Below, one piece after another: positions 1 to 8,520 of a stretch of 64,000 nt of DNA; position 1 is the first letter of the stretch; each line of letters starts with the position of its first letter. The notes under the pieces were generated by a model, which saw only the letters and a list, made by a program, of their open reading frames with translations, was not told the origin of the DNA and made no database searches. The position numbers were made by a program, and so were the translations under genes. Source of the DNA: Candidatus Rifleibacteriota bacterium (lineage in GTDB: Bacteria > Muiribacteriota > Ozemobacteria > Ozemobacterales > Ozemobacteraceae); NCBI GenBank assembly GCA_015233565.1, contig JADFXM010000003.1, positions 155,063 to 219,062 on the forward strand, written 5' to 3'.

Positions 1-628
1 TAAATGAAATCAATTCGGACAAGGGTGCATTACAATAATTTTGCAATAATGTGCAAGAACTGAAAATTCTTTCGAGATGTTTTTTCATTAGCAAAATATC
101 TTCTTTTTCTGGATAAAGGAACTTTCTGCTGGAATAATACAAAACCTCAAAAAGCAAGTTAAGTAAATCCCAGCCGTGTGGAACGGGTTTTTCATAAAAA
201 TGTTCCCAATCAAAAAAAACTACCTTTTTTTCGAGTAGAACTGCATTCCCTAACGAAAAATCACCATGTAAAAAGGAATTACCAGCGCTGTCTCTCGGCC
301 AACTGAGGAGATAGAAGTCAATAATTTTTTCAATATGGGGAAAATTTTTTTTATACCCATTAAAATAATGGGGGGAAAACCCCTCAAAATATTCAATTTC
401 AAGTCTAAAAAATTTTTCCTTTTTGTGAGTAATATTACAAATTTTTTCTTTTCTTTCTGGAAAATTCCAGCTTTGAAACCAAGTCCAGCCTCTATCTTCA
501 TTTTGCAAATTTCTTATTCCATCTGTTGAATCCGAGACTTTAATTATGGATTTCTTTTCTGAAATTTCCTCGCAAAGATAAGATTTAATTTCGCTTTGAT
601 GTTGGCAATTCCTTAATAAACAAATCAC
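1..628 (-). CDS. Small-molecule kinase/phosphotransferase of the protein-kinase-like (APH / choline-kinase) fold; C-terminus runs off the left edge of the window
   Basis: Absent from the ORF track because it has no stop in the window. My minus-strand translation is uninterrupted from a GTG at 628-626 (3 nt after the stop of the upstream methyltransferase) to position 1: ...DFYLLSWPRDSAGNSFLHGDFSLGNAVLLEKKVVFFDWEHFYEKPVPHGWDLLNLLFE... It carries the HGDxxxxN catalytic loop and the DWE metal-binding motif of APH/ChoK-type kinases. The start codon is uncertain and the N-lobe looks short. Confidence 0.55.
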   Translation of the reverse strand, partial: MICLLRNCQHQSEIKSYLCEEISEKKSIIKVSDSTDGIRNLQNEDRGWTWFQSWNFPERKEKICNITHKKEKFFRLEIEYFEGFSPHYFNGYKKNFPHIEKIIDFYLLSWPRDSAGNSFLHGDFSLGNAVLLEKKVVFFDWEHFYEKPVPHGWDLLNLLFEVLYYSSRKFLYPEKEDILLMKKHLERIFSSCTLLQNYCNAPLSELISF

Positions 629-631
629 GCT

Positions 632-1669
632 TTATTTGGTTCCAATTGCGATGATTGAAGGCGACACCGAAAGAAGTCGGAGTTTTCTGAAAATAAAATG
701 TTTGATTAGCCAACTAATCACTGATTGAAAAATGATTTTGTTTTCAGAATCCCTTATTTTAGAAGCCACTGGTATCAAATGCGTGAACTTTTTTCGAAAA
801 GGAATAATTATTTCAGGAAAACGATAATCCGGAAAAGCTGCGAATAACTCAACTCTACAAAAACCAACTGCTTTTAATAACCTCTTTATTTCATAGAAAG
901 AGTAAATCCAGTTTACATACGTTCTTCCAAGTTTCCATTTCGATATTAGATTTGCAAGCCATCGTGGAGCTATTGTTGAAAATGCCAGATTTGTATGTGG
1001 GTCTTTTGCACCAAAAAACATTTTCCAATCATACCTATTTTCAATAGCTAAGTAAATTTTTCCACCTGGATTCAATTGCCTTGAAACATAGCCGAGAAAA
1101 ATTTTTTGTTGCTCTCCTGGATTCTCAGAATAATTCACCTCTTGGAATTTTCCATAATATGAGCTTAATTCAATCATTCCTTTTTCTGGAATCCATTCAA
1201 GGACCCCGTTAACAATTGAAACATCAAATTTTTTCTCAAACTCAGGCAATCTTCTTAAATCAGCACAAACCAACTCAATATTATCTAGTTTTTCTTCGAC
1301 TGTCCTGACCTTCAATAATTCCAATGATTCCAGAGTTTGGTCAATTCCAATGACTGAGTTAGTCCTTTTTGCTAGGGGGATTGTCAATGCACCCCACATA
1401 CATCCGTAATCAATACAGTTTTCGTTTCCATTCAACCTTAACAATTCTAAACCTGCGCTGCGTTTTGGGGAAAAAATAACATCCTCAAGGTGTGGATAAA
1501 ATTGTTTTATCACTTTCGCAGAAGGCAAATTCTTCAAAAATTCGATCAATTTCTGATTTTCACATTTTGTCAGATTAGACCAATAACCTCTCGGATGATC
1601 TACTAAAAAGATCCCTGAAGAAGTAAAATTCCTGAAGTATTTATGCAATTCACTTTTCATTTTGTTCAA
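632..1669 (-). CDS. Class I SAM-dependent methyltransferase
   Basis: 345-aa ORF with a Rossmann SAM motif I (IDYGCMWGALT), an acidic post-I region (VCADLRRL) and motif III-like VSIVNGVLEWIP. It overlaps the upstream gene by 20 nt, which indicates an operon. Confidence 0.8.
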   Translation of the reverse strand: MNKMKSELHKYFRNFTSSGIFLVDHPRGYWSNLTKCENQKLIEFLKNLPSAKVIKQFYPHLEDVIFSPKRSAGLELLRLNGNENCIDYGCMWGALTIPLAKRTNSVIGIDQTLESLELLKVRTVEEKLDNIELVCADLRRLPEFEKKFDVSIVNGVLEWIPEKGMIELSSYYGKFQEVNYSENPGEQQKIFLGYVSRQLNPGGKIYLAIENRYDWKMFFGAKDPHTNLAFSTIAPRWLANLISKWKLGRTYVNWIYSFYEIKRLLKAVGFCRVELFAAFPDYRFPEIIIPFRKKFTHLIPVASKIRDSENKIIFQSVISWLIKHFIFRKLRLLSVSPSIIAIGTK

Positions 1670-2504
1670 AATGCGGCTTCATTAAAGAAGCTTTTTTCTC
1701 TGCCCATTTTAAGTGATATACGATTATAAAGCTAACAAGAAAAATGGAAACACCTCTAATCAGTAGAATAATAAAAATAATCCAAGTGAAAAAATAAGTA
1801 CTGAAGATTTCAAACAAAATGCAGAAACAGATGAAATCTTCTGATCTGGCACGCTCATCAAAAATGTTGGTAAATAAAATATATATTTTTTTTAAAAGCG
1901 GAAATCGGTTTTCCTTCAAATCTGAGGCGTTGTTTGTTTTAACATTGGAGTTGTTTGATTCTGGATTCTTTTTTGAAGCACATGCTGTCATATTTTCAAA
2001 CAAAATCCTTTTACTGAAAGACATTAGATTTGCAGCACAAAAAAATGGAATTAATGGAAGTACTATCAGAAAAAAAATGTCGTGTGATTTATTGAAAATG
2101 TAAAAGCCAAGGCCAATTTGTAAACCCAACTCATTAAGTAAAGCCCCATACTCATCCAAAATTTGCCCGGTAGCAGAAGTTTGATTTGTTAATCTGGCGA
2201 AATGGCCATCGCTCCAGTCAAGAATTCCTTTGAAGAAAAAGATAATTGTGGAAAGAATGACTGTAACTTTGCTTGGAATCGAGAGTAAAATTCCCCCAAT
2301 AATTCCGCACAGACAATAAGCCAAAGTGACCGTGTTAGGTTTTATTTTCGTTTTAAGTAATAAAAAAACCAGTATTGCTCCTGTCTCCATATAAAAAATC
2401 GATTTGATAAAAGTATACGGATTTTTTTTCCAATCAGAAAGATATGGGGCATAAGCACGATTATATTCGTATTGTTGTTTTCTAATTAGGTTATATGGTG
2501 TCAT
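1650..2504 (-). CDS. CDP-alcohol phosphatidyltransferase-family integral membrane transferase
   Basis: 284-aa multi-pass membrane ORF with DWSDGHFAR-x8-G-x3-D, the DG-x2-AR-x8-G-x3-D core of the CDP-alcohol phosphotransferase signature. The last Asp of the canonical motif is not obvious. Confidence 0.65.
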   Translation of the reverse strand: MTPYNLIRKQQYEYNRAYAPYLSDWKKNPYTFIKSIFYMETGAILVFLLLKTKIKPNTVTLAYCLCGIIGGILLSIPSKVTVILSTIIFFFKGILDWSDGHFARLTNQTSATGQILDEYGALLNELGLQIGLGFYIFNKSHDIFFLIVLPLIPFFCAANLMSFSKRILFENMTACASKKNPESNNSNVKTNNASDLKENRFPLLKKIYILFTNIFDERARSEDFICFCILFEIFSTYFFTWIIFIILLIRGVSIFLVSFIIVYHLKWAEKKASLMKPHFEQNEK

Positions 2505-2514
2505 GCTATTAATC

Positions 2515-3999
2515 TCAGGTCACCCTGCCTTTTATCAATTCCTCTTGGTTACTATATTTACGAAGAAAGAATTGGAATTTTTCCTCCCAGGCTTTTGGAT
2601 TTCTCTTCTTGGAAAACTCATTAAATTCATGGGTTTTTTTATCAACCAAGTCAACTAATTCTTTTCTGGATATAACAAAATCCGGAGAATCCTCGGGAAT
2701 AACTATCTCCGCTGATTTTACATCCATTTTAAGTCCATTTTCCGGGAGGTATCCTTTTTTTTGACATAATGTTTGGAGTTCAGAACCTGGCATAGGGTTT
2801 GCAATAAAGAATGAAACACTGTCAAATCCTGTATCAAATGGATATTGGAGTGTTTCCATTATTTCTTCTTTGGTTTCGCCTGGATAACCCAAAGAGAATA
2901 ATCCATGCATCTGGATCTTGTTTTCATGACATACTCTGATCAACTCTTTGATTTCTTCTTTTTCGGGAACTGACTTATGAATGATCTCTTGGAGTACACG
3001 TCTTGATGCACTCTCTATTCCTATTGCAAGCTGGTAAGCACCGGAATCAGCCATTAATTCAATCATTTCTTTATCAAGGGTTTTAGCCATTATTCCATGT
3101 GGTGTACACCAAACAAGATTATATCTTTTAAGGCATGAAAACAGCTCCATGGCTCTGTTGCGGTCAATTGTCATGTTATCGTCCATGAATTGGATCTCAT
3201 TTATTCCATATTTATTTACTAGTACATCAATTTCCTGAATAATATTCTTTACAGACCGGGCCCTGAATTTCCTTCCCCAAAAGTTTACAGTTGAACAGAA
3301 TACACAATTAAAAGGGCAACCTCGGGAGGTCATAACATGACTGACTCTATCTCTTCTTGCAAATGGAGCATAGGGTATTCCTATGACAATGTATTTTTCC
3401 ATATCAATTAGATCCCAGGCTGGGAAAGGAATAGAGTCAAGATCACTAATACGATTTTCCATTGGATTAACAATTATCTTTCCGCAATGTTTATAAGCAA
3501 TACCATCAAAATCAAATTCCACTTTTCCCTGGTTAAGCATGGAAAGCAGCCTTGGTAACCTGGTTTCCCCTTCTCCCATAATTACGAAATCTACGCTGTC
3601 GTTGAAAAGGGTCTTTTCGGGTTCTAAAGAGGGATGAACTCCACCCAATACGACTGGTACAGCTGGGTTAATTCTTTTTACCATCCTGCTGACGGCAAGG
3701 GCATTTTCTTGATGGGCAGAAAACATTGATTGGATACCTACAAGGTCAGGTGAAACAGCCTTTATTTTTTCAAATAATTCCTTCTCTGACAGACCGTATG
3801 TAATGTACCCGTTATTTTCTGCCGTGTTAAAGTAGCCTTCACAGGTTGAATCTATTATTGTGACTTTGAAACCATTTCCTTTCAAGGCAGCTCCGATATA
3901 TAGGAGGCCCAGGGGAATGGCAATTCTTCTAATACTGTCTGCTGCGATTGTATTCTGAGGATTGATAAGGAGTATAGAATTAATTTTTTTGCTAATCAT
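2515..3999 (-). CDS. B12-binding-domain radical SAM enzyme (class B rSAM, likely methyltransferase/tailoring enzyme)
   Basis: N-terminal cobalamin-binding-like Rossmann region (LLINPQ...PLGLLYIGAAL...VVLGGVHPS) followed by a radical-SAM core with SRGCPFNCVFC (CxxxCxxC). The track ORF begins at a GTG at 4017, and I prefer the first ATG at 3999. Confidence 0.8.
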   Translation of the reverse strand: MISKKINSILLINPQNTIAADSIRRIAIPLGLLYIGAALKGNGFKVTIIDSTCEGYFNTAENNGYITYGLSEKELFEKIKAVSPDLVGIQSMFSAHQENALAVSRMVKRINPAVPVVLGGVHPSLEPEKTLFNDSVDFVIMGEGETRLPRLLSMLNQGKVEFDFDGIAYKHCGKIIVNPMENRISDLDSIPFPAWDLIDMEKYIVIGIPYAPFARRDRVSHVMTSRGCPFNCVFCSTVNFWGRKFRARSVKNIIQEIDVLVNKYGINEIQFMDDNMTIDRNRAMELFSCLKRYNLVWCTPHGIMAKTLDKEMIELMADSGAYQLAIGIESASRRVLQEIIHKSVPEKEEIKELIRVCHENKIQMHGLFSLGYPGETKEEIMETLQYPFDTGFDSVSFFIANPMPGSELQTLCQKKGYLPENGLKMDVKSAEIVIPEDSPDFVISRKELVDLVDKKTHEFNEFSKKRNPKAWEEKFQFFLRKYSNQEELIKGRVT

Positions 4000-4027
4000 A
4001 ATTTTGTTTTGTACCACAGTTCATACG

Positions 4028-5962
4028 TCATAAGTTTAAACTGATTTTTGCCCTTTTCACTATTTCTTCGGCATTCAGCTTGTAATGCTTCACTAGGGTT
4101 TCAGGAGAGCCTGATTGACCAAATTCGTCATTCACCCCTACAATGAAAAATGATTTTGTTCTCAGATTTCCGGCTTTTAATATTTCTGCAGCAACAAGGT
4201 TGCCAAGGCCACCCGATTGATGTTCTTCCGCAACTATCACATGCTCTATCTCCTGAGCAGATCTGACAACAATTTTTTTGTCCAAGGGTTTTATCGTATG
4301 CATATTAACAATTCTAGTCTCAATGCCCCATTCAGATTTTAATACATATGCAGCCAACATGGCTTCTGCCACCATTATTCCGCAGGCAAAAATCGCCAAG
4401 GATTCATTTTCGGACTCATAATCCTCTGAAAGAAAAGTATCAAAAGAATCGGAAAACATTTTTTGCGCTTTCCGGAACCTAATAATATTTGCTTTTCCTA
4501 GTACAAACTTTGTTTCAGATTTTGTCACAATGGGTATTTTGGATTTTCCAAGTCTGATATATAAAGGTCCCTCCGCATTAATGGCTTCTTGGGTGGCTTT
4601 TCCCGTTTCGAAGGAATCGCAGGGTACAACTACTTTCATGTTTGGGAGACAGGTTGTAAGAAATATTTCCTCAAGGGCTTGGTGCGAGGCACCGTCTTTT
4701 CCAACGGTTAAACCACCAACACCTGCAATTTTGACATTAAAATTTGGTAGGCACACTGAGCTTCTTAACTGATCCCAATTTCGTCCGCACGCAAAAATCC
4801 CATAGGACCCAATGAATGGAATAAATCCCTCTTTGGCAAGACCTCCAGCAACATTTGTCATGTTTTGTTCTGCGATACCAAAGTTAATAACACCCTTTTT
4901 TTTGCTAAAATCAAAATTCTCAAATTCTGTACCGAAAATTGAATTACAAGAGTCTGCTGAGAGTTTTAATATTGCTAAATCATTGGTTTTTGCCAGGATT
5001 CGGCCGAACGCTTGCCTGGTGGTAGCCATTTCAACTCTCATGGTATCATGGCTATTCCATTTATATAATGAGGATCCATGATCAGTGTTCGGATAATAGC
5101 CCGCAGGAAAGGGTCTGCGGATATATTTTTCAAGATCACTCTTTTTCTGTTGTAATTCGCTTAATGCTGCTGAAAGTTGATCATAATCAGGGGCAGTGCT
5201 ATGCCACTTGTGATTATTTTCCATGAACGAAACATTTTTTCCCTTAATTGTCTGAGCAATAATAACACTTGGTTTTCCCTTAAAAGCTATGGCTTTTTCA
5301 TAGGCACATAATATCTTTTCCATATTATGTCCGTCGATTTCTATCACGTTCCATCCAAAAGATTTGTATTTGGAGGATAACTCCTCAAGCTTCATAACAT
5401 CTTCAGTACTGCCATCGATCTGTAGATGATTTCGATCGATAATTCCTATCAGATTATCAAGTCCGAAGTTAGAGGCGCTCATTGCTGCTTCCCAGATGCT
5501 TCCTTCCTGCTGTTCTCCATCACCCATAAGGCAGAAAACATTATAGTCTTGCCCTTTGATTTTTCCTGCCAAGGCAGAACCCACTGCAACTCCAAGCCCC
5601 TGACCCAGTGAACCTCCGGAAAATTCTACACCGTTGAGCCGTCTCATATCTGGGTGGCCCTGAAACCTGCTATGGAGTTCTCTGAAGCTCATCATATCTT
5701 CTACACTGCAATATCCTGTAGAAGCCAATGCCGCATACAGAGCAGGGCAGGCATGGGCCTTGGAAAGGAAGAACCTGTCCCTGTCGGGCCAACCAGGGTT
5801 TGATGGATCATGCTTTAACTTGTCAAAATACAATGCTGCAATCAGATCCATTGCAGAAAGAGAACCTCCGGGATGCCCAGAATTGGCATTATAAATCGCA
5901 ATGAGAGCATAAGCTCTCATTCTGTCGGCAATTTCAACTATTTGATCTGCAGGCAACCGCAT
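4028..5962 (-). CDS. tkt: Transketolase (single-chain, N-terminal ThDP + Pyr + C-terminal domains)
   Basis: SGHPGGSLS, the ThDP motif GDGEQQEGSIWEA...NLIGIIDRN, and the Pyr-domain motif FGIAEQNM. The length is typical for a full-length transketolase. Start chosen at the ATG at 5962, 1 nt after the transaldolase stop; the track start at 5989 is an alternative. Confidence 0.9.
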   Translation of the reverse strand: MRLPADQIVEIADRMRAYALIAIYNANSGHPGGSLSAMDLIAALYFDKLKHDPSNPGWPDRDRFFLSKAHACPALYAALASTGYCSVEDMMSFRELHSRFQGHPDMRRLNGVEFSGGSLGQGLGVAVGSALAGKIKGQDYNVFCLMGDGEQQEGSIWEAAMSASNFGLDNLIGIIDRNHLQIDGSTEDVMKLEELSSKYKSFGWNVIEIDGHNMEKILCAYEKAIAFKGKPSVIIAQTIKGKNVSFMENNHKWHSTAPDYDQLSAALSELQQKKSDLEKYIRRPFPAGYYPNTDHGSSLYKWNSHDTMRVEMATTRQAFGRILAKTNDLAILKLSADSCNSIFGTEFENFDFSKKKGVINFGIAEQNMTNVAGGLAKEGFIPFIGSYGIFACGRNWDQLRSSVCLPNFNVKIAGVGGLTVGKDGASHQALEEIFLTTCLPNMKVVVPCDSFETGKATQEAINAEGPLYIRLGKSKIPIVTKSETKFVLGKANIIRFRKAQKMFSDSFDTFLSEDYESENESLAIFACGIMVAEAMLAAYVLKSEWGIETRIVNMHTIKPLDKKIVVRSAQEIEHVIVAEEHQSGGLGNLVAAEILKAGNLRTKSFFIVGVNDEFGQSGSPETLVKHYKLNAEEIVKRAKISLNL

Positions 5963-5963
5963 T

Positions 5964-7322
5964 TTATCTGCACCACTGAAGCAGCTCATCGTAACTTTTT
6001 CTAAAACCGTTCAGTGTAATCAAAGTGGGTTTGAACGAATCAAATTCTTCTCTTTTTAACTTTTCTGGCTCATAAGCTTTAACAAATGTGTCGCTCTTCA
6101 TTAAGCGATCAAGAATGTGTTGATCTATTGGGTCAGAAAGGCACGGTGAATAGTCCCTGAGCTTCCCGTCAAATTCTGTAAGTTCAACAGGGTCAATCGT
6201 CATGTGTATCGGAATACTGCTGGCATCTGTAATCAAACGATCAACATGCCATGGTTTGTTGATAGAAGCTCCTAACAATAAACTGTTTCGGAAGCCCCTG
6301 TCTCGATAGAGAATTTTGTAGGCTCTTTTGGTAACTGCTGTGGATGACCAGGAACTTGCTTTTTCTCTGTGGTCGCAGACTCCTTCTCCAACCTCTTCCG
6401 CAACCGGAGCTTCAAGTCTGCTATTCATCTGAGTCAAATAACAGTGGTCTGCTTTTCCTTTTTCCAGAATTTCTCCAAATGCAAGTTGCTGGGAAACACT
6501 GTAATTGACGGTAATATTTACCCCTATCCCCTTCGATGTAAGCTCTGAAGCTACTTTCAAGCCTGCAAATGTTCCTGGGACTTTAAAAACAACATTAGGC
6601 TTTTCCCCGTTAAAAGCCTCCTTCAACCAAATGAAAATCATCTCCGCTTCGTTTATCATCGCTGTCGAATTATCTGAGATGTTTGGATTTAGCTGCAAAC
6701 TTACATAGCCAAAATTTTTGTTTCCAAAATTGAAGATGGGTCTGATTATGCGAGCTGATTCAAGTACTACTTCGGTGTAAATCCTTGCCGCCATTTGATC
6801 CAAGGTGTAGGAGGGGAATTTTTTCTTGATTTCGTCACGTTTTTTACCCCAGTATTCTGGGAATCTTTTTATGGTTTTATTGAAAATAGAGGGATTTGTG
6901 GTTACTGCGACTGCACCTTTTCTAAGGGCGTGTTTCAGCCCTGTTCCATCATTATGACTTAATCTGTTATTGATTAATTTCTGATCAGAATCTTGAGATA
7001 GCTTGCAGATCCTGGCATTCTTAATTATTGAGGCCTCATGGTCTATCATTTCTGTTAAGTTGGAATACCCAGCGTCTTTAAGAATCGAAAAGTTGGTTTT
7101 ACAAATATCTGAGATACTTTCATTTGAAAGGCAGGAGTTGCGTTCAGGGTTCTGGAGATTCCATTTGGGCAAACAAGAGTTAAGATCCATTGTTACTTCA
7201 GCCAACTGTTCCGCAAGTTCCCTTTCTTTTGTGCGCAAAAACTGTCGTCTTAATTCCATGAGTTGGTTTTCAAATTCTGAAGGCGGAGTCTCCAGTACCA
7301 ACATGTTTTTTTCCTTCTGCAT
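5964..7322 (-). CDS. tal: Transaldolase-family enzyme (long form with N-terminal extension)
   Basis: VTTNPSIF and VVFKVPGTFAGLKVASELTSKGIGVNITVNYSVSQ match the transaldolase signatures TTNPS and xKIPxT (Schiff-base Lys) ...GI..N.T..FS..Q. Confidence 0.8.
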   Translation of the reverse strand: MQKEKNMLVLETPPSEFENQLMELRRQFLRTKERELAEQLAEVTMDLNSCLPKWNLQNPERNSCLSNESISDICKTNFSILKDAGYSNLTEMIDHEASIIKNARICKLSQDSDQKLINNRLSHNDGTGLKHALRKGAVAVTTNPSIFNKTIKRFPEYWGKKRDEIKKKFPSYTLDQMAARIYTEVVLESARIIRPIFNFGNKNFGYVSLQLNPNISDNSTAMINEAEMIFIWLKEAFNGEKPNVVFKVPGTFAGLKVASELTSKGIGVNITVNYSVSQQLAFGEILEKGKADHCYLTQMNSRLEAPVAEEVGEGVCDHREKASSWSSTAVTKRAYKILYRDRGFRNSLLLGASINKPWHVDRLITDASSIPIHMTIDPVELTEFDGKLRDYSPCLSDPIDQHILDRLMKSDTFVKAYEPEKLKREEFDSFKPTLITLNGFRKSYDELLQWCR

Positions 7323-7379
7323 TTTTTTCCCCTTTTAAAATGTTGTTTTCTAGACTCCCTGTAAAGCTGTCTAAAAGTC

Positions 7380-8492
7380 CTACTTAAGTGAAAGGTTCAT
7401 CTGGAACATCACATCTTTCAATTCCTTCAGAAAATTTTCAATATCTCGGAAATCAATTGCCCCAAGGTTAGCCAACCTCAAGGTTTTCATTTTCCCAATC
7501 TTTCCTGGGTAAATTGTAAACTCTCTTTCAAAGAGAAGATCATGGAGTTTTTTAAAATCATAGTTCGGATGATCCGGTTCAATAAATGTTGTCAATATAT
7601 GGCTTTCCCATTCATCTTTGAGAAGCCTTTTAAAACCAAGCATTTCAACACCTTTTACCAACGTTTCCCAGCTTCGGGAGTATCTTCTATATCTAGCCTC
7701 CACGCCACCCTCTGCAAAAAATTCATCTATTGCTTTTCTGAGAGAATATATTACCTGAATTGGGGGCGTGAATCTCATTTCATGAGTCTTTAAGAACGTA
7801 TTATACTCATTGAAAAGGTTTAAATAAAAGGATCTTGGTGGATTGGTCGCTGTTTTTTCCAATTCCTCTTTTTTGCAAATGACAAACGCACAACCGGGCA
7901 TCCCCTGAATACATTTGTTACTTGAAGCCATCATAAAGTCAATGTTATATTCCTTGATATTAAATGGGATGCCGGCAAAACTTGAGATGGTGTCAAGAAT
8001 AAACACACAGTGGTACTTTTTTGCTATTGTTCCTATCTCTTTTGCTGGATTCAGTAACCCGGTGGTTGTTTCATGATGTACCGCAGCGACAAACTTAATA
8101 GATCTGTCATTTTTTAATGCGCTTTCAATCTGGTCAAGTACAGGTGGTTTGTCCCAATCACAGGTAATTTCAACATACGGAATGGAATATGCCTGAGCAA
8201 TTTTACACATTCTTTCGCCATATGCTCCGTTATTAACTACGAGGAGTTTGTGATCTTTATCCACCACTGAGTTAATTACCGCGTCTTGAGCAGATGTGCC
8301 AGAGCCCCCAATTAATACTGTAGTATAATTTTCATCTCCTCCAGCTATTTTCGTAAGGTCACTGATAATTGAGTCGACGATATTTACAAATTCTTTTTCC
8401 CTATGACAAATGTCTGGTACCACCTGTGCCATCTTTACACTGTCAGTAGTTGTAGCAGGCCCGGGGTTAAGAAGTATATTTCTTTTAATCAT
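7380..8492 (-). CDS. Class V aminotransferase, 2-aminoethylphosphonate:pyruvate transaminase (PhnW)-like / serine-pyruvate aminotransferase-like
   Basis: N-terminus ILLNPGPATTTDSV and the PLP-Lys motif SSNKCIQGMPG resemble PhnW-type enzymes. A GAGGG Shine-Dalgarno lies 5 nt upstream of the ATG at 8492, so I prefer that start over the track start at 8504. Confidence 0.7.
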   Translation of the reverse strand: MIKRNILLNPGPATTTDSVKMAQVVPDICHREKEFVNIVDSIISDLTKIAGGDENYTTVLIGGSGTSAQDAVINSVVDKDHKLLVVNNGAYGERMCKIAQAYSIPYVEITCDWDKPPVLDQIESALKNDRSIKFVAAVHHETTTGLLNPAKEIGTIAKKYHCVFILDTISSFAGIPFNIKEYNIDFMMASSNKCIQGMPGCAFVICKKEELEKTATNPPRSFYLNLFNEYNTFLKTHEMRFTPPIQVIYSLRKAIDEFFAEGGVEARYRRYSRSWETLVKGVEMLGFKRLLKDEWESHILTTFIEPDHPNYDFKKLHDLLFEREFTIYPGKIGKMKTLRLANLGAIDFRDIENFLKELKDVMFQMNLSLK

Positions 8493-8520
8493 AAATGCCC
8501 TCATTTGTTAGAAAATGATA

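Noticed and set aside
250-529. Track ORFs 250-501 (-) and 335-529 (+)
   Set aside because: Both are out of frame or antisense relative to the uninterrupted minus-strand frame that carries the kinase motifs HGDFSLGN...FFDWE. Their translations are low-complexity K/F/I-rich sequence, so I treated them as shadow ORFs.
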